64,000 bases of DNA from a virus (Duplodnaviria > Caudoviricetes), in the IMG/VR virus record IMGVR_UViG_3300018430_000021, positions 64,001-128,000 of that record. One strand, 5' to 3'. Each line of letters starts with the position of its first letter. Position 1 is the stretch's first letter. A model generated the notes under the pieces. It saw nothing but the letters and a program-made list of their open reading frames with translations, did not search any database and was not told where the DNA came from. The translations under genes were made by a program, and so were the position numbers. Positions 47,801 through 58,025 of the stretch are shown one piece after another.

Positions 47801-49831
47801 GCTTTGTTTGGTTCATTGGTTCTTGGTACTAATAGCACGATGACTAATGTTTCTGCTTACTTGAATAATCAGCATACAACTTGTTTTGAAAGTTTTGCTA
47901 ACCATAAGTGTATTGAAGGCGGTTTGATTTCTGATTTGGGAACTGTTGTCAATATTAGTGCTTTCGATGTAAGTGCTGCAAGTGCTTCTAACAATTTCTT
48001 TAATGATGAAAATCTTAAGAAAATCTGTACGGGACGTAATGGATATTTCATGACGTCTTCGAATCCTGGTCAGCCTGAAGTTTATGTCAAGTATAAGACA
48101 CTTAGCGGTATAAATTATGGTTATTGGAGTGACGTAGACGGGTTTAAACTTTCCGGTGGTATGACTGTTGGTCTTTTTGGCAACAGCCTTATGTATGCAT
48201 TCTCTCCGTTTGCACATCCAGAATTACATGACTATTCATTTGATAACCGCTTTGCGCCATTCGCAGCAGTTTGTGAATATAATTCTTCGAATATTAGCGA
48301 TAAGTATATTAAGAGTACAGCAGCGGTTCAACATTATATTGCTATGAACAATATCAACTGTGTATATACTGAATCTAATAATTATTCAGATATACAGGCA
48401 GGTCCTTATAGACATTATGGTCCGATGATTCTTGCAAATAACGATTGGCAGTTCTCTCGTGATAAGGCATTCAACGCATATATGAATACCATTATTCCGA
48501 CTTATGCTTTCGGTATCGCATTACCGTTTATCGCAGAAATTAAGCCAACATATATGGCAATTCCGTCGATTAACCAGTCGCCGTTGTCGAATATTGATAC
48601 TTACGGTGATTATACACCGTCTGCAGCATATAAGCGCTTAGGTATGTTTACGATGGACCAGATTGTTGCTGCTCCGACAAATGACCCTAACTATTGGTCT
48701 ATTAACCTTAACGTTGACCTTCCCGGCTTTGCAGGTATCATTGATAGAACCGAAAATAAGAATACTCAAGTAATGAAGGCATTTGGTTTTGAGATTAATA
48801 ATGAGGATTCTTCGTTTGAACGCGGTAAGACTACTGGTAATTTGCTTGACCACTTGTTTAACATGGATCAGGTAAAAATCAATAAGCTCTATTACGGTTA
48901 TATTAGTCCGGAAACCAATGAAATTGTTCCAGGCGAAGGTTATGGCCGAATGCTTCATAATTATGCAGAAGTTGCTGATACCATGAGACTCGGAATGGAC
49001 CCGCAGTCTGCAAATGATATTGACCCTGATATTTCTGTGTATACTCAGAATAAGGTTCTTGCACCGGATATGTATTTCGGTAGTGACCTTATATTGTATA
49101 AGGATGTTCCGTATGCAAGCGGTTATTATGGTGATCCTGGCGCAATGACTATTATCGGTAATAATTATAATCCGTTTAGCATCGGTGAATATCATCAGTA
49201 TTTCTCTCCGGTAACTACGAGCGCCGTAACAAATAACGTTTTGGCAACTGAACCGTTCAAGTACAACAAGACCGTCAATATAATCAATAGTATTAAGGAC
49301 CTTGTAAAGGATAAGGACTATGGTTGGTTGTGGTCTGGTATCAAGGGAAATATTATCAAGGCCAATGCTGCAGATGCTTATACCGGTACAGACAAGTTCA
49401 AGTATAATTTCGTTAAGGAAGTTCTTACTTCTGCTCGTAAATTTACGCTTCCGGTAAAGCTTGAAGAAAACGCCAATAAGTATGGCTTCTGGTTCAGCGA
49501 TAGCGTAAGTGCATTGTCTTATGATAAGAAGAACTGTAAATATTATAACGGCGATAATGATGAAATTCGTTATGATGGTTCATTATTGCACTTAGGCGCT
49601 ACATTCTCGGAAAAGTCTATCTTGGATAGCCTTAAGACAGAACGTATTATTTCTGCTGCAAGCGGCATTATTTGTGAAGACTTTGATGGTTTGCTTGTTG
49701 TCGATAAGCATAAAAATAACGTGATGTATATAGATGTAGGTCTCGGTGAATGCGACGGTACTCAGTCTTGGTCTATGACTTGTAGTGCTGAGGGTGTTAA
49801 CGGTAAGGGATTAATCATGGAGATTGAATAA
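44837..49831 (+). CDS. very large virion protein with GLUG-like beta-solenoid motifs (tail fibre/adhesin candidate; start MQSFI)
   Basis: PFEGIFYGNGYIIQNI..GLIGYL, AGFLCGKNNGTI, GLLIGCN.G.V.NI, LGGIAG motifs. Confidence 0.65.
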   Translation: MQSFIFNNYKKKLLSGRLSQDDVWSFYLVNKQFGEDLEEVLPSITDIDALQAFIYSTDATIAKKGSALDKYTQPYTPVRYTYKVADKTVNSERPSYVDLDNWEEFNKKYPKQVHLYHFFFVPGGALYREYESDELDYAGNKVMKPRGFYYVETTEELKWCAEKVNGIVNGNKSEVYNNKINIVLGDNIGYGKALENEYKEIDFSIGSDIDRPFEGIFYGNGYIIQNIELVCKGNSTGLIGYLGTSGLIHTIRVAGHNLIRCGKKLNITHMMQDASDINAGFLCGKNNGTISDVTFTGKVTFADFVPGVYTVSNKTDEDGNAFDNPDVNTYYPDYLCINSIANIVPYIGYFNEGVFGTWAYSAGPSLYPTNQFSASNKGFWKSNAVYAGDISVGTISNYYPYDNRGCGEWAYPKAVDNANDIYESVTGHTLFYSINTMFDTNMLVAGKQTDWSTYLSLLKYTYSANPTTRHSIWNWEIQSTQYLDKPLKMHQFNRVAYNTGLLIGCNEGSVYNIAMNATAYTSGTYVGFLGGIAGKQAVNGNYGFNNVCVNLTAADVVDDKRDYYISDDGDTVRVEDTNPENIVEFVTDLLASEPNYSVLNNPLYGTKSLYNSDEYRKKLNIGGTNSDGTFDWGDTSLIRLNINGYSGMTSGTLNHEFDIAQSAFDGICYHYNGFGYEMPAPPYIEPHQKFANAWILRNTILANSAYSGSLTAINTVEPYSGMHVEDSAEIALSNYEIFDKRTGGTYGFNHSKSLGIIYNYGRYGHEGSLTNDIKDPYSKDTDGNALSNDDKIQVREANLVAGPEGYAFTTYTDFATYSIDKWYNSWGIRDSVKLAFDHFGSNGFAKDEFYIYNCAIGNLVLKKRDTELRLPNTFERTMYNVAGIYGTNSYTYDTYDIVGATNVVLSIYIKNVVAKTVSYYTLTIPEILNSDQSIGGTKFTNKASKEFFIANYENPNANKPVVSFLKERYVIDGCKNYKIELKSIKNIGALFGSLVLGTNSTMTNVSAYLNNQHTTCFESFANHKCIEGGLISDLGTVVNISAFDVSAASASNNFFNDENLKKICTGRNGYFMTSSNPGQPEVYVKYKTLSGINYGYWSDVDGFKLSGGMTVGLFGNSLMYAFSPFAHPELHDYSFDNRFAPFAAVCEYNSSNISDKYIKSTAAVQHYIAMNNINCVYTESNNYSDIQAGPYRHYGPMILANNDWQFSRDKAFNAYMNTIIPTYAFGIALPFIAEIKPTYMAIPSINQSPLSNIDTYGDYTPSAAYKRLGMFTMDQIVAAPTNDPNYWSINLNVDLPGFAGIIDRTENKNTQVMKAFGFEINNEDSSFERGKTTGNLLDHLFNMDQVKINKLYYGYISPETNEIVPGEGYGRMLHNYAEVADTMRLGMDPQSANDIDPDISVYTQNKVLAPDMYFGSDLILYKDVPYASGYYGDPGAMTIIGNNYNPFSIGEYHQYFSPVTTSAVTNNVLATEPFKYNKTVNIINSIKDLVKDKDYGWLWSGIKGNIIKANAADAYTGTDKFKYNFVKEVLTSARKFTLPVKLEENANKYGFWFSDSVSALSYDKKNCKYYNGDNDEIRYDGSLLHLGATFSEKSILDSLKTERIISAASGIICEDFDGLLVVDKHKNNVMYIDVGLGECDGTQSWSMTCSAEGVNGKGLIMEIE

Positions 49832-50643
49832 TGTCTGTTGAGTTAGAGTCAGTCAAATATAGTAAAGTTGATAATATCAATAGCAAGGAAATAAAGGTAA
49901 GTCCTGCTAAAAGCGTGGTATTCAGACGCTATATTGATTATTTAACTATGAATGATACTCAAAAGCGAATCCGTGATTTTAATCCTGGACGTTACCATAT
50001 CTATACATTTCCGATAGTTCCTGGAATATCTAATTCTGTAAAATGGAAGTGGGATAAAGAATCGGATAAAGACATTTATTATCTCAGTCAGTATAAAGGA
50101 ACAGATATTGGCTGTTTAAAAACAGTAACTTTTTTGACGGTCGATAAGGACACACTTACACCGTCGAATAAAAGTTATGAAAAATTATTTGATATTCCTG
50201 TATCTGCATGGCTATTTTCTACTAGGAAGAATTTTGATTCTTATATAAAAGATGACTATAATTATACTGCGTATAACTATAATCCTGTAGCTAATAGACT
50301 TAATAGAAAGAACTATGAAGAGACAATATTAAAACCTAATAATTTCAATTTTAATTATTGGGGTCAGACATATGATTTCGGAAGCGGTTATAACAATGAA
50401 GATTATTTGCTTTATGGAATAACTGAAACTACTTTTGAAGATAGCCAGACTGAAATGACTTCGCTGCCATGCGATTATGAAATCAAGAAAATGACTACGA
50501 AGAGCGCAGCCATTGTAATCGCATATCATGCGGATGATATTATAATTCCGGTAACGTATGCGGAATTGCATAATTCTTTCTATACGCCGGATGGAATAAT
50601 TAGAATTGAATGGTCACAAAACGGTATTATAACTATAGTGTAA
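49831..50643 (+). CDS. putative structural protein
   Basis: TAATG coupling in the structural operon. Confidence 0.7.
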   Translation: MSVELESVKYSKVDNINSKEIKVSPAKSVVFRRYIDYLTMNDTQKRIRDFNPGRYHIYTFPIVPGISNSVKWKWDKESDKDIYYLSQYKGTDIGCLKTVTFLTVDKDTLTPSNKSYEKLFDIPVSAWLFSTRKNFDSYIKDDYNYTAYNYNPVANRLNRKNYEETILKPNNFNFNYWGQTYDFGSGYNNEDYLLYGITETTFEDSQTEMTSLPCDYEIKKMTTKSAAIVIAYHADDIIIPVTYAELHNSFYTPDGIIRIEWSQNGIITIV

Positions 50644-50644
50644 T

Positions 50645-51241
50645 ATGCACAGAGGATTCGGAACAGTATTGAGACCACATTTATGGGGTTGTAATAAGCC
50701 AGAGCTTTCGAGAGTGGCTATTTCTACTGCTATACAAGAATATTTTACTGAAGCATTTAACACACATACGGCTTTACCGTGTTTTATGGTACAAGGCGCT
50801 ATTACAACTCCTGCAGGAGTTACAACACCGGCTATTGGACCAATAGGAACTATAAGTACATTTATTCCCGGTATAATTAACCCGTTGACATTTACACAAA
50901 AGATAAAGAAAGAACCGTTTTATGTTCAGCTTGTATCTATTATAACGGATTTCTTAAGAACTTGTACTGTAACCGTTGATATTAAAAATATCGGTGCTGT
51001 TGTACCTATGATGGTACCGTTTCAAGGCTTGTTGAATTTGACACCGTTCGGTCAACAACTTGAAACAAGCATGAAGACTATAAAAGCCCCAAATGCAGAA
51101 GCTTGGTATGCAGGACTTGATTTGTATTTTGAAAGTATTTGGACTTATATTTTAGGAACACAAGTTTTCTATTCTTCTCCATGTGCGGGCGGTGTCTTCA
51201 ACGGGACTATTACATTTACCGGCCTTTCTTTGGCTGTATAA
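50645..51241 (+). CDS. putative structural protein
   Basis: Operon position, 198 aa. Confidence 0.7.
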   Translation: MHRGFGTVLRPHLWGCNKPELSRVAISTAIQEYFTEAFNTHTALPCFMVQGAITTPAGVTTPAIGPIGTISTFIPGIINPLTFTQKIKKEPFYVQLVSIITDFLRTCTVTVDIKNIGAVVPMMVPFQGLLNLTPFGQQLETSMKTIKAPNAEAWYAGLDLYFESIWTYILGTQVFYSSPCAGGVFNGTITFTGLSLAV

Positions 51242-51248
51242 ATAAGGT

Positions 51249-52058
51249 ATGGCAAATACTGATATTTCCGCATATTCATGGTTATGTAATACGATGAAGA
51301 GTATTACTGCCCCTTTGAGTGAGGGCGGTAATATCGTCTGTGATAATGAAAAAGATACTGTTGATTCCGCAATAAATGACGCGTATGACCTTTTTGGCTT
51401 GAAGTGTGTCTACTACCGAGTAACAGAAGATTTGAAGCGTGACAAGCTCTATGGTGAAGACCAGCTGCGTTATATACTACGTAGCTGGTACTTCAACGGC
51501 TATATCCAATCTCTTCCTCCTAATGTCAGAATCTATCAGCTTCAGGGCATCTGGGGCGATGATACTGTAAAGATGTTTGCAAGTATTGACGCTTTCAATT
51601 ATTTCTCTACATACGGCGGAGTGGATAAGAATACACCGGAAGTATATGCGCCACAGTCTCCTTCTATTGGCGATATAATTTATATCCCGGCGAATAATTA
51701 TTTCTATGAAATTCGCGATGTCAAATACTATGAAGAAGCTTTCGGTTTGAAACCGCATACATATACCTTCACTTTGAAGATGTATAAGGACAACAAGTAT
51801 ACGATTTCAGCAGATTCGCCAACATTGTCTAATAGAAATGACCCCATATACCGGGTCGCGCCTTCGGCGCTTAGTGCACAGTTTAATTACGAAGATCCAT
51901 TGGCAATTAATGATAACAATTTGGCTTCGGCATGGGCAGGAAAAGACCCATATAATACGGATATGCATTACGAATATCCTGACCCGTTAGTTGAATATGA
52001 CGACGATAGGCCAGCGGAAAATAATAAGAAATATTATGACCCTTTCCAGGGGTGGTAA
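51249..52058 (+). CDS. gp14: neck protein gp14-like (copy 2)
   Basis: FG..C.YY..D.LYGED, PSIGDIIYIP..FYEI..V, KYYDPFQGW. Confidence 0.75.
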   Translation: MANTDISAYSWLCNTMKSITAPLSEGGNIVCDNEKDTVDSAINDAYDLFGLKCVYYRVTEDLKRDKLYGEDQLRYILRSWYFNGYIQSLPPNVRIYQLQGIWGDDTVKMFASIDAFNYFSTYGGVDKNTPEVYAPQSPSIGDIIYIPANNYFYEIRDVKYYEEAFGLKPHTYTFTLKMYKDNKYTISADSPTLSNRNDPIYRVAPSALSAQFNYEDPLAINDNNLASAWAGKDPYNTDMHYEYPDPLVEYDDDRPAENNKKYYDPFQGW

Positions 52059-52085
52059 AATTAGCCTTATATATAAACATAGAAT

Positions 52086-52619
52086 ATGTCAATTTTTTGT
52101 AAAAAATACCGACAGGGTATTTTCTACCCTAAAAATCCTAGCAAATGTTTGAACGTTAACGGTGAGATTTCTGCTAGACCTCCTGAATATCGTTCAAGCT
52201 GGGAATACAAGCTCATGGAGTGGTGCGACACTCGTGAGCGTGTTATCAAATGGGGTAGTGAAATTCATAAGATTGAATATTATTCTGAAGTGGACGGTAA
52301 GATTCATAGGTATTTTATCGATTTTTACTATGAAATAAATACAATACACAACGGAATTAAAAAGTATGCTATCGAGGTAAAGCCTAGCTGTCAGATAGCA
52401 AGACTCGACGAGAACGGGATGGTCATCTACCCGGATCCGCCTAAAAAGAAAACTCAAAAATCGTTGCTGCAATGGCAAGAACGTTGCAATGTTATAAGAA
52501 TTAATAACTGTAAGTGGCAGGCCGCACGAAAATGGTGTCAAGAAAACGGATATATCTTTGATGTATTATCCGAAGAAGACGTAGGTTCCTGGGCCAGTCA
52601 AAGGAATGTTAATAAATGA
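52086..52619 (+). CDS. gp4: head completion nuclease gp4
   Basis: G.F.PKNP.K, YRSSWE..M.WCD..WGSE..Y..DGK.HRYF.DF, IEVKP, KW.AA..WC. Confidence 0.9.
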   Translation: MSIFCKKYRQGIFYPKNPSKCLNVNGEISARPPEYRSSWEYKLMEWCDTRERVIKWGSEIHKIEYYSEVDGKIHRYFIDFYYEINTIHNGIKKYAIEVKPSCQIARLDENGMVIYPDPPKKKTQKSLLQWQERCNVIRINNCKWQAARKWCQENGYIFDVLSEEDVGSWASQRNVNK

Positions 52620-53188
52620 GTGAAATGAACGTCGATGTATTCGATAAATTAGATGAAAAATTTGATATAAAAGAAGAAATACAAAAAACTGAGGAAAAAA
52701 CCAAGAAGGCTATTGTTGAAGTAAAGAATGGTATCGCTCAGCAGAAATATAATCTTGAAGACAAGGAATATCTTAAGACCGAACTTCAGGATTTGATTTC
52801 AACTAACAGGATGGTTCTTGAGACACTTGCCGGACAGATTAAGTTCGGATGTGACCTTGGGCTTATCGCGAGCTTTGCCAATATTTCTAAGACTATTACC
52901 GAAAACCTTTCAGAGCTTATCAAGCTTGAGAAACAGGTTACGGATTACCAAATCACAGAGTCTAATGAGAATATTAAGTTGGCAGCAATGGAACAGAAGG
53001 AACGAATTGCAAATAATCGTATGTCTTCTAAGGCCGGTAAGTTGCCAAATTTGACGCAGACAAACAATATATTCTGTTCTAATTCTCGTGACGCTTTAGA
53101 CATGATATTAAACAACAAACAAAAGCCCGAACTCGTTGAATCCGAGATGCCTAATTTTAAGTTTGAAGACGAAGGAGCAGAGGGATAA
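52616..53188 (+). CDS. probable terminase small subunit (gp16-like)
   Basis: Helical core plus C-terminal TQTNNIF.S..D.L motif typical of T4-like TerS; follows gp4. Confidence 0.5.
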   Translation: MSEMNVDVFDKLDEKFDIKEEIQKTEEKTKKAIVEVKNGIAQQKYNLEDKEYLKTELQDLISTNRMVLETLAGQIKFGCDLGLIASFANISKTITENLSELIKLEKQVTDYQITESNENIKLAAMEQKERIANNRMSSKAGKLPNLTQTNNIFCSNSRDALDMILNNKQKPELVESEMPNFKFEDEGAEG

Positions 53189-53190
53189 GG

Positions 53191-53493
53191 ATGGTTTTTT
53201 CAGTGCATTACAAAATTTCACATAGAAACGAATTTTTAGAGAAGTATTTCTGTAAGACTTTTAAGAACTGCGTCGATGAAGACGTAGAAATTTCCAAAGA
53301 TAGACTTACAGACCTCATGGAATTGATGGTTAATCTTATTTTAACCGAAAATAAGGCCGGTTTATATGACCTTTTGACGAAGAAAAACACTAAAACAGCT
53401 AGGATTTTCTTCAACTATTTGACATGCTCCAATATCCGTTCTATAAATAAAGAGATAATCAAGGAACGAATTGAAGCAATTTATAAGTTCTAG
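53191..53493 (+). CDS. hypothetical protein
   Basis: Operon position. Confidence 0.7.
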   Translation: MVFSVHYKISHRNEFLEKYFCKTFKNCVDEDVEISKDRLTDLMELMVNLILTENKAGLYDLLTKKNTKTARIFFNYLTCSNIRSINKEIIKERIEAIYKF

Positions 53494-53503
53494 GAAGGAA
53501 AAT

Positions 53504-54265
53504 ATGAGAGATTTAAAAGAAATTTTAGAAGAAACGGTTAGTCCGATTAATCTTTCATTCAGTACAGAATATAAGAAGTTTTTGACTGAAGCGGATGATT
53601 TCGGAGGAGACGATGCCGGCGGTGACGACGCTGGAGACCCGTTTGCAGATGTTGGCGGTGATGATGCTGCCGCTGATGATGTCGGTGGTGGTGACGCTGG
53701 TGATCCGTTTGCTGCAGATGCAGGTGGCGGAGCTGCTGGTGGCGCAGGTGGAGCTGGCGGAGCCGGTGGCGATGCTAACGCTCAAGGTGCCGATGGTGCT
53801 GAAGATCCAGACAAGAAACTTTCCCCAGTTGATGACGGTTCTCATGAAGATGACCCGGATTTCACACAGGGACAGGCAGATTCTGACGACGTAACGTTGT
53901 CTAAGAATCCTGCAGGTAAGATGATGTATGATACTGAAAAGGTCATGCAGACAGTCATGGCTGTTATTCAGTCTCTTAAGGACGACCAGCTCGTTGAAAT
54001 CGAAAAGGTTAAGACTGCAATCGAATTGGTATTCAATGGTAAGAAACTCAATGATGAAGATCTTGAATTTACAAACTTGAAGAATGCTATTTTCTTGATT
54101 AAGAAAGTCGGAGCCAAGCTTGATACCAAGCATAGACTCTATCTCTATCGTAAGATTAAGGAACCTCTCATTCAGAAGCGTGACCAGATTAAGCAAGACA
54201 TTGCTGTTAAGAAGGGACAGCTTCAGAATGCTCGAGAAGTTCTTACAGCGATGGACGTCAAGTAA
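53504..54265 (+). CDS. Gly/Asp/Ala-rich head-associated hypothetical protein (start MRDLK)
   Basis: LTE|A site followed by (GGDDAGDPFA)-type low-complexity repeats. Confidence 0.75.
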   Translation: MRDLKEILEETVSPINLSFSTEYKKFLTEADDFGGDDAGGDDAGDPFADVGGDDAAADDVGGGDAGDPFAADAGGGAAGGAGGAGGAGGDANAQGADGAEDPDKKLSPVDDGSHEDDPDFTQGQADSDDVTLSKNPAGKMMYDTEKVMQTVMAVIQSLKDDQLVEIEKVKTAIELVFNGKKLNDEDLEFTNLKNAIFLIKKVGAKLDTKHRLYLYRKIKEPLIQKRDQIKQDIAVKKGQLQNAREVLTAMDVK

Positions 54266-54288
54266 GAGTATTATTATAGGAGAAAATA

Positions 54289-54318
54289 AAAAGAGGATTG
54301 TTTTCAATCCTCTTTTTT
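54289..54318. terminator. bidirectional terminator
   Basis: aaaagaggattg-tttt-caatcctctttt between convergent genes. Confidence 0.8.
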
Positions 54319-54336
54319 AATTATTGTTAAAAATTA

Positions 54337-54810
54337 TTAAGCGAGTGAATTATAGAAAGTTACGATTGCCGAAGCAAGTTCGAGTGTACTATAATCACGG
54401 GATGTATAATTCTTAATATACTTGTTGAAAGCCATCGGGCTGCACTTGGAAGAATCGTTAACGATTGATTCTTCACGGTCGATGCTACCATCCTTGGATT
54501 CGACAGTATTGATAATCTGTTCGCAAGCACCATGAATCTGCTTTTCCCAAGATTGAATCTGGTCGATAGCGTCCTTCATACGCTTTGTCTGGCTGATAGT
54601 ATCATTAAAACTAGTACCGATAGAATCGATAACGGATGTAGCAATATCAACCTGAGGCTTAATAGCGTCACGGATAATTGTACGAATATCCTTACCTTTT
54701 TCTTCTGCGGCCTTTTCAACATTCAAGTCGTTATCTTCGACAATAATCTTATAATCCTGTGTGGCATTATAAAGATGGTCGATAAGTTTTTCAAAATCTT
54801 CTGTTATCAT
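54337..54810 (-). CDS. hypothetical protein
   Basis: ATGA coupling. Confidence 0.75.
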   Translation of the reverse strand: MITEDFEKLIDHLYNATQDYKIIVEDNDLNVEKAAEEKGKDIRTIIRDAIKPQVDIATSVIDSIGTSFNDTISQTKRMKDAIDQIQSWEKQIHGACEQIINTVESKDGSIDREESIVNDSSKCSPMAFNKYIKNYTSRDYSTLELASAIVTFYNSLA

Positions 54811-57800
54811 TTAGAACCTCTGATATATTTATAGATTTCATTAATCAATGAGTCTGGAGATACTCCCGGGAATTGATATGAATCTTCGATATTATTAGAT
54901 TCACGATTCAAACCTTCACGTGCTTTAGTATCTGCCTTTTGTTCTTGCTTATTAAATACTTCCTTACTATGTTTCAAAATTGCCCATGCTGTAGCATAAT
55001 ATGCATAAAGGTCAGAATGGTCACGATTCTTATCAGTTCCTTCATTGAACATTACACAGATTTTCTTACAGTTGGACTTATTGAGATGGTCACGCATCAT
55101 TTCGCCAGCATCATTGTCCTGGCTTACGATATTACGTGCAATAGGAACAATGCCGTTACCATTTGTACCATGAACAATATCCAAACCTTTCTTCGCGTTA
55201 TTTGCAAAGCTTCTCATATACTGGTTGAACTGTTCGACGTTTTCAACCTGATATACCTTGTTGTTTTTATCAGGTGGCAAGATATTACGGAAGTCAACAG
55301 AACTAAGACGTTCTTCCAAAGTTGGGATGTTGTGTTTTACGACTTCAAACGGATTTTCTTCGTTATCATCCTGCTGTTCTGGTTCTTGGTCATTAGGTTC
55401 ATCGTTTTCATAAAGACTACGATAAACACTACCTGGTTTCTTTTTAGGCTTAAGCGGTTCAATTTCTATATTTTCTACGCTTTCTTCAATTTCATCGCCG
55501 CTTTGGTTTTCAAGCTGAGAAGCAATACAAGAGCCAATAGCTATGAGCTTATAAAGCTTAGGCAAGTAGTTGAGGTTGTCGAGTTCTTCAACAGCATCAT
55601 AATACCAGTTATTGATTTTGCCAGCACCATACACCTTTTCAAGTTCAGTAGTAAGAATGTTCTTTAACTCATTCAACTTTTCGTTCTTTGCATTGTATTC
55701 ATTAAACCAAGAGTCATTACTACAACTACGAGCAAAATTATTAAGACCTTCGACCTCTTTCATGATAGCATCTGTAAATGTTGCTTTAATAGATGCAGCA
55801 AGCTTTGTAGCATTTTCTTCAGAAGAAACTTTCTTCTTGAAAGTTCCTACGTGTTCCATTGCCGGGAATGTCTTAATGTCTTCAGAAATATGAATAGCCT
55901 GATTTTCGATTACTGGAATTTCTTTAACTTCATTCAAAGCACTTAAACCGTCGACGAACTGCTTAATGCTTTCGCTATTGACGTCAAACTTTAAGTCATC
56001 CTTAATCATGATGTCATAAAGGTTGATAATATCTTTAAGACTATTAATACCGACATTGTTGTTTTCGATGTTTCCGTCTTCAATGAAAGATTTAAGAACT
56101 TTTTGGATTTCCTTTAAACGTGGAATATCTACATTTTCTTCAAAAATATCCTTTATTGCGGACATTTGTTCTAATGATGCATTCAACTGGTCTTCTTGTG
56201 TTTCACCTGTATCAGATTCATCATCTGCTTCACTATCGGAAGAAGACTCATCGTCTTCATCAGCCTCATTTAAGAATTGAGTAAACGGACGATATTTCGG
56301 CTTTGCGCTTTCTTCTTCCATTTCCTCTTCTTCAGAGTTTTCCTTTTTCTTTTCCTTTGTATCAGAAACAACAGTATCAGTAGCTTCCTTGTTTATCTTG
56401 ACATCCTTGTTTTCAGAATACTTGTCATAAACATCAGAATATTTACTTAACTGACCGATAAGATTCTGAACGGCAACTTCAAGAGAAGATTGAGAATTAC
56501 TGTTAGCGGTAGAGAAAGTATTGTTGTCGAAATCAACAGTTCCGATAGGACCATTTTCCATGAGTGTGAGAAGTTGAGAACAGTCAGCAGTAACAACAAC
56601 AGACTGTGCAGCAACAGCTTCGCCATAGTTACCATCTTCTACAGCTTTTTGTACTTGTGCTTCGTAATCCTTTGTAGAACCATTGGACTTGAACGCACTC
56701 TTGATTTCCTTGAAACCTTCTGCAAAATTGTCTTTAATAGTCTGAAGAAGTTTGCCGCCTTCAGATAAACCCTTACAAAGTCCAAGAACCATACGTGGAC
56801 CCATATTGAAAATTGTAAGATTTCCGCTATTGATTGCGTCGGCTGCAGATTTTGCAGCTGGGAATTTAGCATAGACATCATCAAGGAATGCCTGCGGACC
56901 ACCTGTACCCCAACCTTTACGAATATTGATTTTCTTATGGGTAAATGGATCTTCTACATATTTTTCATCGCCGGCGCCGCCTTTACGAACTTTATCCTGC
57001 GCTTCCTTAACACCGTTATCGAATGCTGCCTTATATTTTTCATACCAGGACTTAAACTGACGAGGCCAAGTAGCTTCAACCGCATCAGCCTGTTTTGCGG
57101 CTATACGTGCATTATTGCTGAACTGAGATACCTTTCGTGGAACCTTTTCGGATTCGTAAAGTAGGTTGGTTGTTTTTAATTCATTAGAAATACTTGCATA
57201 ATAGGAATCTGTAATACTTTCATCATCGTCATTATGACTAATTTCTTCTGACTTATCTGCGCCAAATCTATTCAAAGCATCATTATTTTTTGCTTCTTGC
57301 TGAACAGTTTTCTTTGCGGCGTCAATACGCATTTTTGCTTCAATATCTGCAATACCGTAAAGGAAATTTTCTTCTTCTTCATCGTTGAAAGCATCAATCA
57401 TTAACTGCTTAAATTTGGATTCGCTGATTTTTGTAGTAGTATCTGCGAGCTTGCTTACGAATTCAGAAGTTCTATAAACTAAAGCCTGACCGATTTTTGT
57501 ATATGTTGATTTATCGCCGATAGTATCTTCATTGTCTTTTCTATCGGTAGCTTTTTTAATAGCAAGTTTTGGATTTTCAAAATACGAAGCGAGTTTAGAG
57601 TCGATAAAAACCTTATCGGCTTCTGCCATTTTACGGTTTGGAATACCTTTTTCGTAACGCTTTTGTGCAGCATGCTTAAGTTCTTCTTTTAACTTGTCGC
57701 CGTACTTATCTATAAGCTTACGAGAAAGTTCAGTAAACTTCGGGTCATTATATTCAATAAATTCACTACCAACATAGAAACCAGTGTTTGTTGCACCTGT

Positions 57801-57938
57801 ATTATGCTTGGTTTTATGGATATTGCATACCAAGCTATATAGATTCTTACTTTCTATATCCTTTAACGCATTCTTATATGAATATTCGATGTTTACATCG
57901 CTTTCTTTTTTGGCTTCGTATAAATCTAAAAATTTCAT
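54807..57938 (-). CDS. large acidic late protein (1043 aa), probably processed head-internal protein
   Basis: TATAAATA promoter; repeated LYE/LNE sites followed by acidic tracts. Confidence 0.75.
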   Translation of the reverse strand: MKFLDLYEAKKESDVNIEYSYKNALKDIESKNLYSLVCNIHKTKHNTGATNTGFYVGSEFIEYNDPKFTELSRKLIDKYGDKLKEELKHAAQKRYEKGIPNRKMAEADKVFIDSKLASYFENPKLAIKKATDRKDNEDTIGDKSTYTKIGQALVYRTSEFVSKLADTTTKISESKFKQLMIDAFNDEEEENFLYGIADIEAKMRIDAAKKTVQQEAKNNDALNRFGADKSEEISHNDDDESITDSYYASISNELKTTNLLYESEKVPRKVSQFSNNARIAAKQADAVEATWPRQFKSWYEKYKAAFDNGVKEAQDKVRKGGAGDEKYVEDPFTHKKINIRKGWGTGGPQAFLDDVYAKFPAAKSAADAINSGNLTIFNMGPRMVLGLCKGLSEGGKLLQTIKDNFAEGFKEIKSAFKSNGSTKDYEAQVQKAVEDGNYGEAVAAQSVVVTADCSQLLTLMENGPIGTVDFDNNTFSTANSNSQSSLEVAVQNLIGQLSKYSDVYDKYSENKDVKINKEATDTVVSDTKEKKKENSEEEEMEEESAKPKYRPFTQFLNEADEDDESSSDSEADDESDTGETQEDQLNASLEQMSAIKDIFEENVDIPRLKEIQKVLKSFIEDGNIENNNVGINSLKDIINLYDIMIKDDLKFDVNSESIKQFVDGLSALNEVKEIPVIENQAIHISEDIKTFPAMEHVGTFKKKVSSEENATKLAASIKATFTDAIMKEVEGLNNFARSCSNDSWFNEYNAKNEKLNELKNILTTELEKVYGAGKINNWYYDAVEELDNLNYLPKLYKLIAIGSCIASQLENQSGDEIEESVENIEIEPLKPKKKPGSVYRSLYENDEPNDQEPEQQDDNEENPFEVVKHNIPTLEERLSSVDFRNILPPDKNNKVYQVENVEQFNQYMRSFANNAKKGLDIVHGTNGNGIVPIARNIVSQDNDAGEMMRDHLNKSNCKKICVMFNEGTDKNRDHSDLYAYYATAWAILKHSKEVFNKQEQKADTKAREGLNRESNNIEDSYQFPGVSPDSLINEIYKYIRGSK

Positions 57939-58025
57939 AAAATCCTACAGCTTATTTTAATATATTTATAAAAAAGACCATAGCCCATGGTTGAGCTATG
58001 GTTATAAATTCAGAAAATTGGCTTA

